This document shows, piece by piece, positions 28,129-35,750 of a DNA stretch of 64,000 nucleotides. This DNA is from Candidatus Latescibacterota bacterium (GTDB lineage Bacteria > Latescibacterota > UBA2968 > UBA8231), in NCBI GenBank assembly GCA_965217585.1, contig OZ244561.1, positions 384,001 through 448,000 of the forward strand, read 5' to 3'. Every line of letters begins with the position of its first letter. Within the stretch, counting starts at the first letter, position 1. Both the position numbers and the translations under genes were made by a program. Under the pieces are notes generated by a model. It did no database searches. It saw only the letters and a program-made list of their open reading frames with translations, and was not told where the DNA came from.

Positions 28129-30138
28129 CTAGAACATATACTGCCACAAATTGCCCACCATGCCAGTGCAATAATCAATCACCAGCCAGGTTCCGGCCGC
28201 CACAAAAGCCCCGAGGATCATACCGATGAAAAACAGGCGGGTTTGCCGATAGAGTCGCACCCCGCCGTACTTCAGCACCACGCTCTTGATCAACCAAGCG
28301 AGGAAGACATTAAACCACATCACCGAGGTGGTGAAGACCGTGCCGCTGATGGCCAAACCGAGCGGGTGAATCGGCCACCACAATACCCGCTGTTGCAAAT
28401 TCACCAAAAACCACATCACCCCGGCACCTAGGCCGGTGAAAAACCACTCCCCTACCCCTATGGTAGCAGGGCTCTGAATCATCGAGGCTATGTACCTCAG
28501 GCCGGTGCTGGATGAACTCTGCCACCACCAACCCGGCAGATTGAGCCCGCCGTAGTTATAAGACAGGTAGATCATCATCCAATACGCCCCCACCAAGGTC
28601 ACCACGATCGCCAGCATCATTGCCCAGAACAGACCTCGCTTGCGGCCTTTGATAACTTCGTGGACCATTTTCAGCCCGTTGGCGCACGAGGCCATGGGAA
28701 AGGTCACCAGATCAGCCGTCCACGGATAGGTGTAGGCCAGCCCGGTCAGACCGGCTGCCCCTAGTCGAGAGGTCCCTAGACTGGCGATGACAAAATCCGG
28801 CGGGATCAGGGGAGCCCGCACCAGCGCCACTCCGGCTTCCACCACGATCCGGCTCAACGCTATAAAGATCAAAAACGCGACCGCTAAAAACAGGGGAATC
28901 ACCAGCAGGGGAATGCCCGCAGCCTCCAGCCATACTCCCATGACCACCAGCCCACCCACCAGTCCCAGCACCGCCGTGCGGTAGGACATGATCTCATCGG
29001 CATCCACCACGCTTTCACGGCGCCCGAGAGCCTTGCCGAACACATCGCGCAAATGGCTCCGCGCCCGCCACACAGTGAGCAGGGCGAACATCAGCATGGC
29101 CCCGAGGGCTTGGTGGGTCAGGTACGGTGCCTGGGGATTGCTGAACCAGCCCAGTTTGGCCATGCTCTGGATCCCGATGGTATTGAAGACGCCCTGCTGA
29201 ATCTGGGTCAATAGGTAGAATACCCAGATGCCCAAGGCCAGTTCCCGGCTGATGAAGTAGGAAAAACCGACTAGGGAAAAAGATAGCTGGAAGCGAAAGC
29301 CGACCGTGCCCCGAAACGCATTGAACCCAGTGGCCAGATTAAATTCGGGGAGCATGGGATAATAGCTGTGGAACGCATTGCAAGTGATGACCACCAGCGG
29401 GACGGCAAACCCCATCCACATCTGCGGCCGGCGCAACAAGGACGGAATGCGAAATCTGCCGGGAGCATTCTCATCGTCCTCCTCGACCATCGCCATGGGG
29501 GCCTGCATCATCGGGTAGAGCAGCCGTTCGTGCTCGACCCACTGCCGGCGCATCATCACCATCATGCAGATCGACACCAGGTACAGGGCCAGCAGAAAGA
29601 GGGTCCAGTAACACAGCGGTTCTACCCAGGCTGCCCAGGGAATGGGTTGCCCCTTGATAAACAGCCCCTCGTAGAACCCCTGGATCACCTCCTCGTCCCG
29701 GGGCGCGATCCAGTACGGCACGTGCGGCTGAATGAGTTCGGCCCAATTGTTCTCGGGAGAGGCGAAGTAGAACACATTGGTGATCATCGGCAACAGGTGC
29801 GAGACCATGCCAAAGGTGGGCAGAGAAGCCGAGATGATCATCATCACGTAGATCAGCGTCAGCTCCTCCCGCCGCAGGGCCAGAGTCCGCGCGAGGGCCT
29901 TTACCACGATGTTGGCCAGCACCAGATAGAACAGGAGAAACAGGGCCACTGGGGTGCTGAAGGCCCAGGCCATGAACGAGCCTTTGATGATGCAATTGGC
30001 ATAGATGGTGCCGGTGCTGATCAAGACGCACAGCGCCGTCCCAATGCCAAAGGCCCGCAGTGTAGAGCCCGAGCTGGAACTCTCCGGTTCTTTTTCTTTT
30101 TTCCCGAAAAATTCCCCCGCTGCTCTATCCCGATTCAC
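28129..30138 (-). CDS. Polytopic membrane protein, putative transporter (DUF6785/DUF6784-like)
   Basis: Many TM segments and motifs RQWVEHERLLYP, RIVVEAG, WWPIHPLG, WLIKSVVLKYGG, FFIGMILG. GTG 30138 has a GGAG RBS and overlaps the upstream stop; ATG 30180 is an alternative start. Confidence 0.8.
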   Translation of the reverse strand: MNRDRAAGEFFGKKEKEPESSSSGSTLRAFGIGTALCVLISTGTIYANCIIKGSFMAWAFSTPVALFLLFYLVLANIVVKALARTLALRREELTLIYVMMIISASLPTFGMVSHLLPMITNVFYFASPENNWAELIQPHVPYWIAPRDEEVIQGFYEGLFIKGQPIPWAAWVEPLCYWTLFLLALYLVSICMMVMMRRQWVEHERLLYPMMQAPMAMVEEDDENAPGRFRIPSLLRRPQMWMGFAVPLVVITCNAFHSYYPMLPEFNLATGFNAFRGTVGFRFQLSFSLVGFSYFISRELALGIWVFYLLTQIQQGVFNTIGIQSMAKLGWFSNPQAPYLTHQALGAMLMFALLTVWRARSHLRDVFGKALGRRESVVDADEIMSYRTAVLGLVGGLVVMGVWLEAAGIPLLVIPLFLAVAFLIFIALSRIVVEAGVALVRAPLIPPDFVIASLGTSRLGAAGLTGLAYTYPWTADLVTFPMASCANGLKMVHEVIKGRKRGLFWAMMLAIVVTLVGAYWMMIYLSYNYGGLNLPGWWWQSSSSTGLRYIASMIQSPATIGVGEWFFTGLGAGVMWFLVNLQQRVLWWPIHPLGLAISGTVFTTSVMWFNVFLAWLIKSVVLKYGGVRLYRQTRLFFIGMILGAFVAAGTWLVIDYCTGMVGNLWQYMF

Positions 30139-30371
30139 GTTCTTGGCTCCAGGTAAATCAGCGTCTTCCGAAGCTCCCATGGCCAAGAGTAGAGCAAGCC
30201 GTAGGGGTCGTCCCGGTTTGACCGATTGGTCCAGCGGGTGGTATTGTAGGGATAGCGGATGCTCAGCTGAGCTAGGAAGACTGGAGCAAGCCGGGGCATG
30301 TGGATGGTCGCCCCGGCCCACGCGACGAGCCAAAAAATCCCCAGGCGTCTGAACAGGTAGTCGAGCGGCAC
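30135..30371 (-). CDS. Small hypothetical protein with a hydrophobic N-terminal segment (78 aa)
   Basis: GTG 30371 preceded by GAGGG. Hydrophobic LGIFWLVAWAGA segment. Its stop overlaps the next start (GTGA). Confidence 0.4.
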   Translation of the reverse strand: MPLDYLFRRLGIFWLVAWAGATIHMPRLAPVFLAQLSIRYPYNTTRWTNRSNRDDPYGLLYSWPWELRKTLIYLEPRT

Positions 30372-30560
30372 TTTAGTCCCTCGCCGTGCAGGCCTGTGTG
30401 TCGGGCACCGGCGACAACGCCAACCCGACAGAGGTGGGCGGGTTACTCGCCCAGAGTATAGGGTTTGCAAAAGCCCGGTGTCAATTTTTATGGGGATCAG
30501 TCCCGATGTCGGCAATCCGGAATTTTAAGACCGCTTCTTAGCGCGATGAGGACAATGGCC

Positions 30561-32327
30561 ATGGAGATAGGTGCCAAGCAGGGCCACGGGCGACTTTCGG
30601 ACTCTTCCCGAATGAGGGGTGTCGTTTTACTGGTCCTGCTTGTCGGGTGCGACTCCAAGCTCGAAGAAGGCGCTGATTCGCCAGACCATAGCGGTGTAGA
30701 AAGCCAGACGCAGTCCATCCTAGCCAAAGAACCCGCGATTCAATTTGCCGACGTAAGTGCGGAGAGCGGTCTGGATTTTATCAATGTCTCGGGGAGTGCG
30801 GCACAAGACTACGTCCTCGAGTCCATGTCGGCCGGAGCCGCTTTCCTCGACTACGACGGGGACGGATACCAAGATCTCTTCGTCGTCAATGGCACTCGGC
30901 TGCGGGAGTCTGCTCCAGGAGCGAGAAACAGACTCTTCCACAATGAGTTGGGCACGGGAGCCAACGGCAACCGGACGCGGATATTTCGCCAAGTGGAGGC
31001 CGATCTAGGAGCTGGTGGTTGGGGTATGGGTTGCGCTGCGGGCGACTACGACAACGACGGCGATGTGGATCTGTACGCGACCTATTGGGGCCCCAACCAG
31101 CTCTACCGCAACGACGGCGACGGACGCTTTACCGAGGGGGCGGCAAAGGCTGGCGTGGCCGATGCGCGCTGGGGTTCCAGTGCGGCTTTCGGAGATCTGG
31201 ACGGGGATGGATTGCTGGATCTATACGTGGCCAACTACCTCGAATTCGACTTGCGCAGACCCCCCGGAGGCGGTGGAAAGTGCCTGTACAAAGGGCTCTA
31301 CGTCTTCTGTGGTCCCGGGTATGCGCCCCGCCAAGCGGATCGGCTCTACCGCAATAAGGGCGATGGGAGCTTTGCGGATGTGAGCGCCGCCACCGGCGTA
31401 AGCGCCCGCTCCCTGCCGGCGCTAGGAGTGATCTTCGGCGACTTGGATGAGGACGGGGATCTGGACATCTACGTGGCCAATGACGGGGAGCCGAACCTGC
31501 TTTTTCGCAACGATGGCGACTGGCGCTTGGCCGAAATTGCCACTCGGGCCGGCGTGGCCTACAGCAAGGACGGGGTGGCCCAAGCCAGCATGGGCGTACA
31601 CAGCGGCGACTTTGACAACGACGGGGATCTGGACTTGTTCGCGACCAATTTCTCCGAAGAACTCAATACCCTCTATCGGAACGAAGGGGGCGGGCTATTC
31701 CGCGACGCCACCATCGAGGTCGGCCTAGGCGGGGTCGCGCGGCCCCTTCTGGGTTGGAGCACGGCTTTTGTCGATTTTGACAAGGATGGCTGGCTGGATC
31801 TATTCGTAGCCAATGGCCACCTCTATCCGCAATTGGACCGGCATTTTTTAGGGTTTTTCTATGCCCAGCGCAATTTGCTCTACCACAACCAACGAGACCG
31901 GTTTGTCGAGGTCGGGGAAAAGAGCGGTGCGGGCTGGAGAATTGAAAAAGTTAGCCGGGCCGCGGCCTTAAGCGACTTTGACAACGACGGGGACGTCGAC
32001 CTGTTTATCATGAATCTCAACGACTCGCCGACCTTGTTGCGCAACGACAGCGGGGATCGCAACAACTGGCTGGGGCTGGAGCTAGTGGGCGTGGAGAGCA
32101 ACCGAGACGCCATCGGTGCCCAGGTGCGGGTACAGGCCGGCGGCCTAGAACAGGTGCGAGAGGTACACCGGGGCTACGGCTTTCAGGCCCAGCACGATCC
32201 GCGTCTACTATTCGGCCTGGGACCGCACAAGCGGGTAGATTGGGTCGAGGTCCGCTGGCCTTCAGGCCGGCGTCAGGTGCTGAGAAACCCGCCCCTGCGG
32301 CGCTACCTGAAGGTGCGCGAAGCTTGA
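30561..32327 (+). CDS. CRTAC1 family lipoprotein (FG-GAP repeats plus ASPIC/UnbV domain)
   Basis: Lipobox LVGC, repeated DYDNDGDxDL, C-terminal SNRDAIGA, LFGLG and VRWPSG. Start uncertain (30561 or 30612). Confidence 0.9.
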   Translation: MEIGAKQGHGRLSDSSRMRGVVLLVLLVGCDSKLEEGADSPDHSGVESQTQSILAKEPAIQFADVSAESGLDFINVSGSAAQDYVLESMSAGAAFLDYDGDGYQDLFVVNGTRLRESAPGARNRLFHNELGTGANGNRTRIFRQVEADLGAGGWGMGCAAGDYDNDGDVDLYATYWGPNQLYRNDGDGRFTEGAAKAGVADARWGSSAAFGDLDGDGLLDLYVANYLEFDLRRPPGGGGKCLYKGLYVFCGPGYAPRQADRLYRNKGDGSFADVSAATGVSARSLPALGVIFGDLDEDGDLDIYVANDGEPNLLFRNDGDWRLAEIATRAGVAYSKDGVAQASMGVHSGDFDNDGDLDLFATNFSEELNTLYRNEGGGLFRDATIEVGLGGVARPLLGWSTAFVDFDKDGWLDLFVANGHLYPQLDRHFLGFFYAQRNLLYHNQRDRFVEVGEKSGAGWRIEKVSRAAALSDFDNDGDVDLFIMNLNDSPTLLRNDSGDRNNWLGLELVGVESNRDAIGAQVRVQAGGLEQVREVHRGYGFQAQHDPRLLFGLGPHKRVDWVEVRWPSGRRQVLRNPPLRRYLKVREA

Positions 32328-32400
32328 CAAGCCTCCTGCAGTCTTCTTTGTCGGTGAGACGGCAATCGCTTTCTTCCATCTTCAGCAGGGATAAATCATC

Positions 32401-34377
32401 ATGTCGAAACAAGCCAAGCAAACTGCCAGCGACGAACTAGTGCGGATCGCGGCCGACATTCCCTTCATATCGCCGCCCCAGTGGGCCATTCTCGAGCGCA
32501 GCCTCATCGACCTAATGAACCGAGCCATCGAACCCGTGCTGGCCCGCTACGTACACGGCGACGGCTCGACCATGTGGCCGCCGACCGACGAGATGACCAA
32601 CTGGGACGGGTTGGACGACGCGTACGAGAGCTTCCACAACTGGCCCCTATTCTACCTGCTCGGCGGCGACGACCGCCTGCTCGAAGTGTCGAACCGGGAA
32701 TTCAACGCCATCACGCTGCAATTCACCCGCTACCAATCCGGCCACGGCCATCCCATGGTCATCAAGGAGTACGAACAGGGCTACGACTGGATGCACCAGG
32801 GCGAGGGGTACGTATTCTTTTATCTGTTGTGCATGGCCGACCCGACCAATACCACCAACCGCCGCCGAGCGCGGCGCTTCGCCGGATTCTATCTGAACGA
32901 GGATCCAGAGGCGCTCAACTACGACGAGCAGCACAAGATCATCAAATCCCCGCACAACGGCAGCAAAGGTCCAGCACAGCGCAACTTCGAGCGCTACTAC
33001 ACCAAGTACCGCTATGAAGAATGGCAGAAGTGGCCCCTGCCCTTTTACGACGTGCCCGGCTGCCAAACGGTCGAAGACCTGCGGGATCCGGAGATCGAGG
33101 ATCGGATGGGTCAGGCGGTGATAGAGCGCTTCGCTCGCGGCGACTGCGCCGCCAATCTGGCGGCCACCAGCATGGTCACCAACGCGTACCTATTCACCGG
33201 GGACGTCAAATGCAAACAATGGGTGGAGGAGTACGTCGGCGCTTGGATGGAACGACTAGCGGCCAACAACGGCATTCTGCCGGACAACGTGGGGCTGTCG
33301 GGCGAGGTTGGGGAGTACTTGGGCGGCCGGTGGTACGGCGGGTACTACGGCTGGACCTGGCCCCACGGCTGGCACACCATGGGCGATGCTGTGCTCAGTG
33401 GTGCCGAGAACGCCATGCTGGTATCCGGCGATCTGCAGTATCTAGAACTCGCCCGTTCGCAGATCGACGTGATGATGGAAAACGGCGAAATCCGCAACGG
33501 CACCCTGTACGTGCCCCACTTCCACCACGACAAGGGCTGGGACGGGTATAGTCCCATGCAGACCCGCTTTATGGCGCACTTGTGGAGCATTTCGCTGGAT
33601 CCGGCGGATATGGAGCGCATCGACCAACAACGCGACCGCCAAGCCCGGGACTGGGAAGCGGTGCAGGTCCTCTCGCCCAAGGATCGCGGCGGTCACGAAG
33701 CCCCCTGGCTGGCGTACCTACGCGGCGAGTTCCCCGACTATCCCGAGGAGATTCTGCGCTATAACCACGCCCAAGTGTACCAGCGGCTGGCGTACATGGC
33801 GCACGACGGGCAGGACCCCGCCACGTACGGCGATCACTACCTGCAGGTGCGCAACCCGATCACGACCGAAGGCCTAGTGCAACTGACCATGGGCGGGCCG
33901 CTCTTCAACTTCAACGGTGGGCTGCTGCTGGTGCGGCTGCGCTATTTCGACTGGCAGCGCCGGCGGCCGGGGTTGCCCCGAGACGTGGCCGCGTTGGTGG
34001 AAAAGCTGGCACCCGAGAGCGCGGTTTTGCGGCTAGTCAACCTCAGCGCCGTGGAGGAACGGGAACTGGTCGTCCAGGCCGGCGCTTTTGGCGAGCACCA
34101 GTTTACCACGGCGCGTTTCCAGACCCTAGCGGCTGGCCGGAGTCACGATGTGTTCAGCAGCGCCGAGTGGTTGGACGAGGACGCGTACAGGACGGCGATG
34201 GCCCGTGAAGTCGAGGAGTGCGAAGTGGCCATCAACGCTCCCTGCTTCCGGGTCGCGCTCCGTCCAAGCTCCGAGATAAGACTGGAGCTGGGGATGAAGC
34301 GCTTTGTCAACACCCCCTCGTACAAGCTGCCTTGGGCTGCCACCGAGGAGCGGCCCGGTCCCAGCGACAAAAGCTAG
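32401..34377 (+). CDS. Conserved hypothetical cytoplasmic protein (aromatic-rich, possibly an alpha/alpha-toroid enzyme)
   Basis: 658-aa ORF with strong codon bias and motifs DDAYESFHNWP, YDWMHQGEG, GGYYGWTWPHG, RRRPGLP. Function not recognised. Confidence 0.8.
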   Translation: MSKQAKQTASDELVRIAADIPFISPPQWAILERSLIDLMNRAIEPVLARYVHGDGSTMWPPTDEMTNWDGLDDAYESFHNWPLFYLLGGDDRLLEVSNREFNAITLQFTRYQSGHGHPMVIKEYEQGYDWMHQGEGYVFFYLLCMADPTNTTNRRRARRFAGFYLNEDPEALNYDEQHKIIKSPHNGSKGPAQRNFERYYTKYRYEEWQKWPLPFYDVPGCQTVEDLRDPEIEDRMGQAVIERFARGDCAANLAATSMVTNAYLFTGDVKCKQWVEEYVGAWMERLAANNGILPDNVGLSGEVGEYLGGRWYGGYYGWTWPHGWHTMGDAVLSGAENAMLVSGDLQYLELARSQIDVMMENGEIRNGTLYVPHFHHDKGWDGYSPMQTRFMAHLWSISLDPADMERIDQQRDRQARDWEAVQVLSPKDRGGHEAPWLAYLRGEFPDYPEEILRYNHAQVYQRLAYMAHDGQDPATYGDHYLQVRNPITTEGLVQLTMGGPLFNFNGGLLLVRLRYFDWQRRRPGLPRDVAALVEKLAPESAVLRLVNLSAVEERELVVQAGAFGEHQFTTARFQTLAAGRSHDVFSSAEWLDEDAYRTAMAREVEECEVAINAPCFRVALRPSSEIRLELGMKRFVNTPSYKLPWAATEERPGPSDKS

Positions 34378-34417
34378 GACTTAGTGGTCTTTCAATTAAG
34401 TTTATTGCCTGAATCCA

Positions 34418-34450
34418 CTGGATTCCCGCTTTCGCGGGAGTGACGTCATT
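34418..34450. repeat. REP-like palindromic element (inverted copy) plus the first bases GTCATT of the interrupted second copy
   Basis: ctggattcccgctttcgcgggagtgac is the reverse complement of gtcactcccgcgaaagcgggaatccag and is followed directly by gtcatt. Confidence 0.85.
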
Positions 34451-34464
34451 TGTATGTTGCAAAA

Positions 34465-34638
34465 GCCTTTCAGATTGGCCAATCTGAAAGGCCTGCGTGA
34501 GGGGCGCGTCGTCCGTCATTGGGTGAGCAGGCACGACAGTGCCCACGGCACCGTGCGGGAGTAAGACACCCCTCACGCTAGGTTGTCGCTCCGAACAGAT
34601 ACAGGGGCCTTGGGCCCGTATTACAAGTGTGGAGGACA
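34465..34638 (+). ncRNA. IS110 bridge RNA (5' hairpin, target-binding loop, donor-binding loop)
   Basis: 5' hairpin 34465-34492. Target loop closed by gcgtgagggg/cccctcacgc with guides cgtcatt (34514-34520) and gcgggagt (34555-34562). Donor loop closed by tgtc-ctcc/ggag-gaca with guides acagatac (34595-34602) and tacaagt (34622-34628). Exact ends are approximate. Confidence 0.85.
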
Positions 34639-34667
34639 GCACCCATTATAACAGGGAGGCTACCAGC

Positions 34668-35609
34668 ATGAAAGTCGTTGCCGGTATAGACGTAGGAAAA
34701 AGCAGTCTGGACGTGTCGGTGTCGGCGGGTCCGGTGCGTCGATTCGACAACGCCCCCGCGGGCCTTTCGGCCCTGGTGGGCTGGTTGGAGCGCGAGGGGG
34801 CGACCCACGTGGTGTGTGAATCGACCGGGGGCTATGAGCGGGAAGTGGTGCGACGGTTGCGGAGCACGGCATGGTCGGTGCACATAGCGCACCCCAACCG
34901 AGTGCGCCACTTCGCGCGGGCGGCTGGCCGCCAAGCCAAGACCGACGCGCTGGACGCGCAGATGCTGTCGCGGTATGGGCAGGTATTCGAGGTGCCTAGC
35001 TCGGTGGCGGCGGCGGCGGACAGTGAGGTCCTGCAAGACCTGCTGCGCCGACGCAAGCAGTTGGTGGACCAGCGCGTGCAGGAGCGCCATCGGCTGGACC
35101 AAGGACGGACCGAAGCCGCCCGCACCTCTACCCAGCGGCACCTCCAGTGGCTGGATGAAGAGATCGGACGGTTGGAAGAGGAATACCGCAAGGCGTTGGA
35201 AAACAGCGGCGAGTTGTCCGAGTCCGCGGCCCTGTACCGGAGTGTGCCGGGCGTGGGCGAGCTGACCGCGGCCACGCTGGTAGTGTATCTGCCGGAGTTG
35301 GGGCAGTACCGTGGAAAGGAGTTGACCTCGCTGGTGGGACTGGCCCCGTGGTCCAACGACAGTGGGCGCCAGCAGGGGTATCGCTCGATCCGGGGCGGAC
35401 GGGGAACCGTGCGTAGGGTGTTGTACCTGGCCGCCTTGTCGGCGATACGCTACAACGACGACCTGAGCCGTTTCTATCAGGGACTGCGCCAGCGGGGCAA
35501 GACGGGCAAGGTGGCGGTGGTGGCGGTGATGCGCAAGCTGCTGCTGTTGCTGAACGCCATTGCCCATCGAGGAACGCCCTGGGTGGAACACCAGGCCCCA
35601 GCAGGGTAG
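34668..35609 (+). CDS. IS110 family transposase/recombinase
   Basis: DEDD RuvC-like residues (GIDVGK, CESTGGYE, KTDALDA), Tnp domain SVPGVG, LVGLAPWSNDSG (catalytic Ser), GGRGTVR, AVMRKLL. GGGAGG RBS before ATG 34668. Confidence 0.97.
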   Translation: MKVVAGIDVGKSSLDVSVSAGPVRRFDNAPAGLSALVGWLEREGATHVVCESTGGYEREVVRRLRSTAWSVHIAHPNRVRHFARAAGRQAKTDALDAQMLSRYGQVFEVPSSVAAAADSEVLQDLLRRRKQLVDQRVQERHRLDQGRTEAARTSTQRHLQWLDEEIGRLEEEYRKALENSGELSESAALYRSVPGVGELTAATLVVYLPELGQYRGKELTSLVGLAPWSNDSGRQQGYRSIRGGRGTVRRVLYLAALSAIRYNDDLSRFYQGLRQRGKTGKVAVVAVMRKLLLLLNAIAHRGTPWVEHQAPAG

Positions 35610-35617
35610 AAAAGGGC

Positions 35618-35623
35618 TGGACG
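35618..35623 (+). promoter_or_regulatory. Outward-facing -35 box in the IS right end (pairs with -10 TATGTT at 34453-34458 after circularisation)
   Basis: The circle junction reads TGGACG-cagaacacagataCTtg (17 bp)-TATGTT. Confidence 0.65.
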
Positions 35624-35638
35624 CAGAACACAGATACT

Positions 35639-35659
35639 CCCGCGAAAGCGGGAATCCAG
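35639..35659. repeat. Right part of the interrupted REP-like element
   Basis: cccgcgaaagcgggaatccag directly follows the IS core CT. Confidence 0.85.
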
Positions 35660-35750
35660 ACTAAAAGACCAAAATAAAAATGGTAACTAACTTTTTTGAA
35701 ACACCACTTAGTTTCCCACCTGAATGCTGTAAACAGACGGAGCCAGACGC

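Larger units (their letters stand above)
34451..35638 (+). mobile_element. IS110 family insertion sequence (IS621-like), about 1.19 kb
   Basis: Splits a REP copy (gtcatt | element | cccgcgaaagcgggaatccag). About 217-bp noncoding left end, transposase, short right end ending acagataCT. No TIRs and no TSD. Confidence 0.9.

Noticed and set aside
34465-34492. 28-bp palindrome as a terminator for the 32401 gene
   Set aside because: It lies inside the IS left end just after the -10 box and has no U-tract. It fits the bridge RNA 5' hairpin better.
34539-34667. 43-aa N-terminal extension of the transposase in the ORF track
   Set aside because: It overlaps the bridge RNA loops. ATG 34668 has a good RBS and directly precedes the GID motif.
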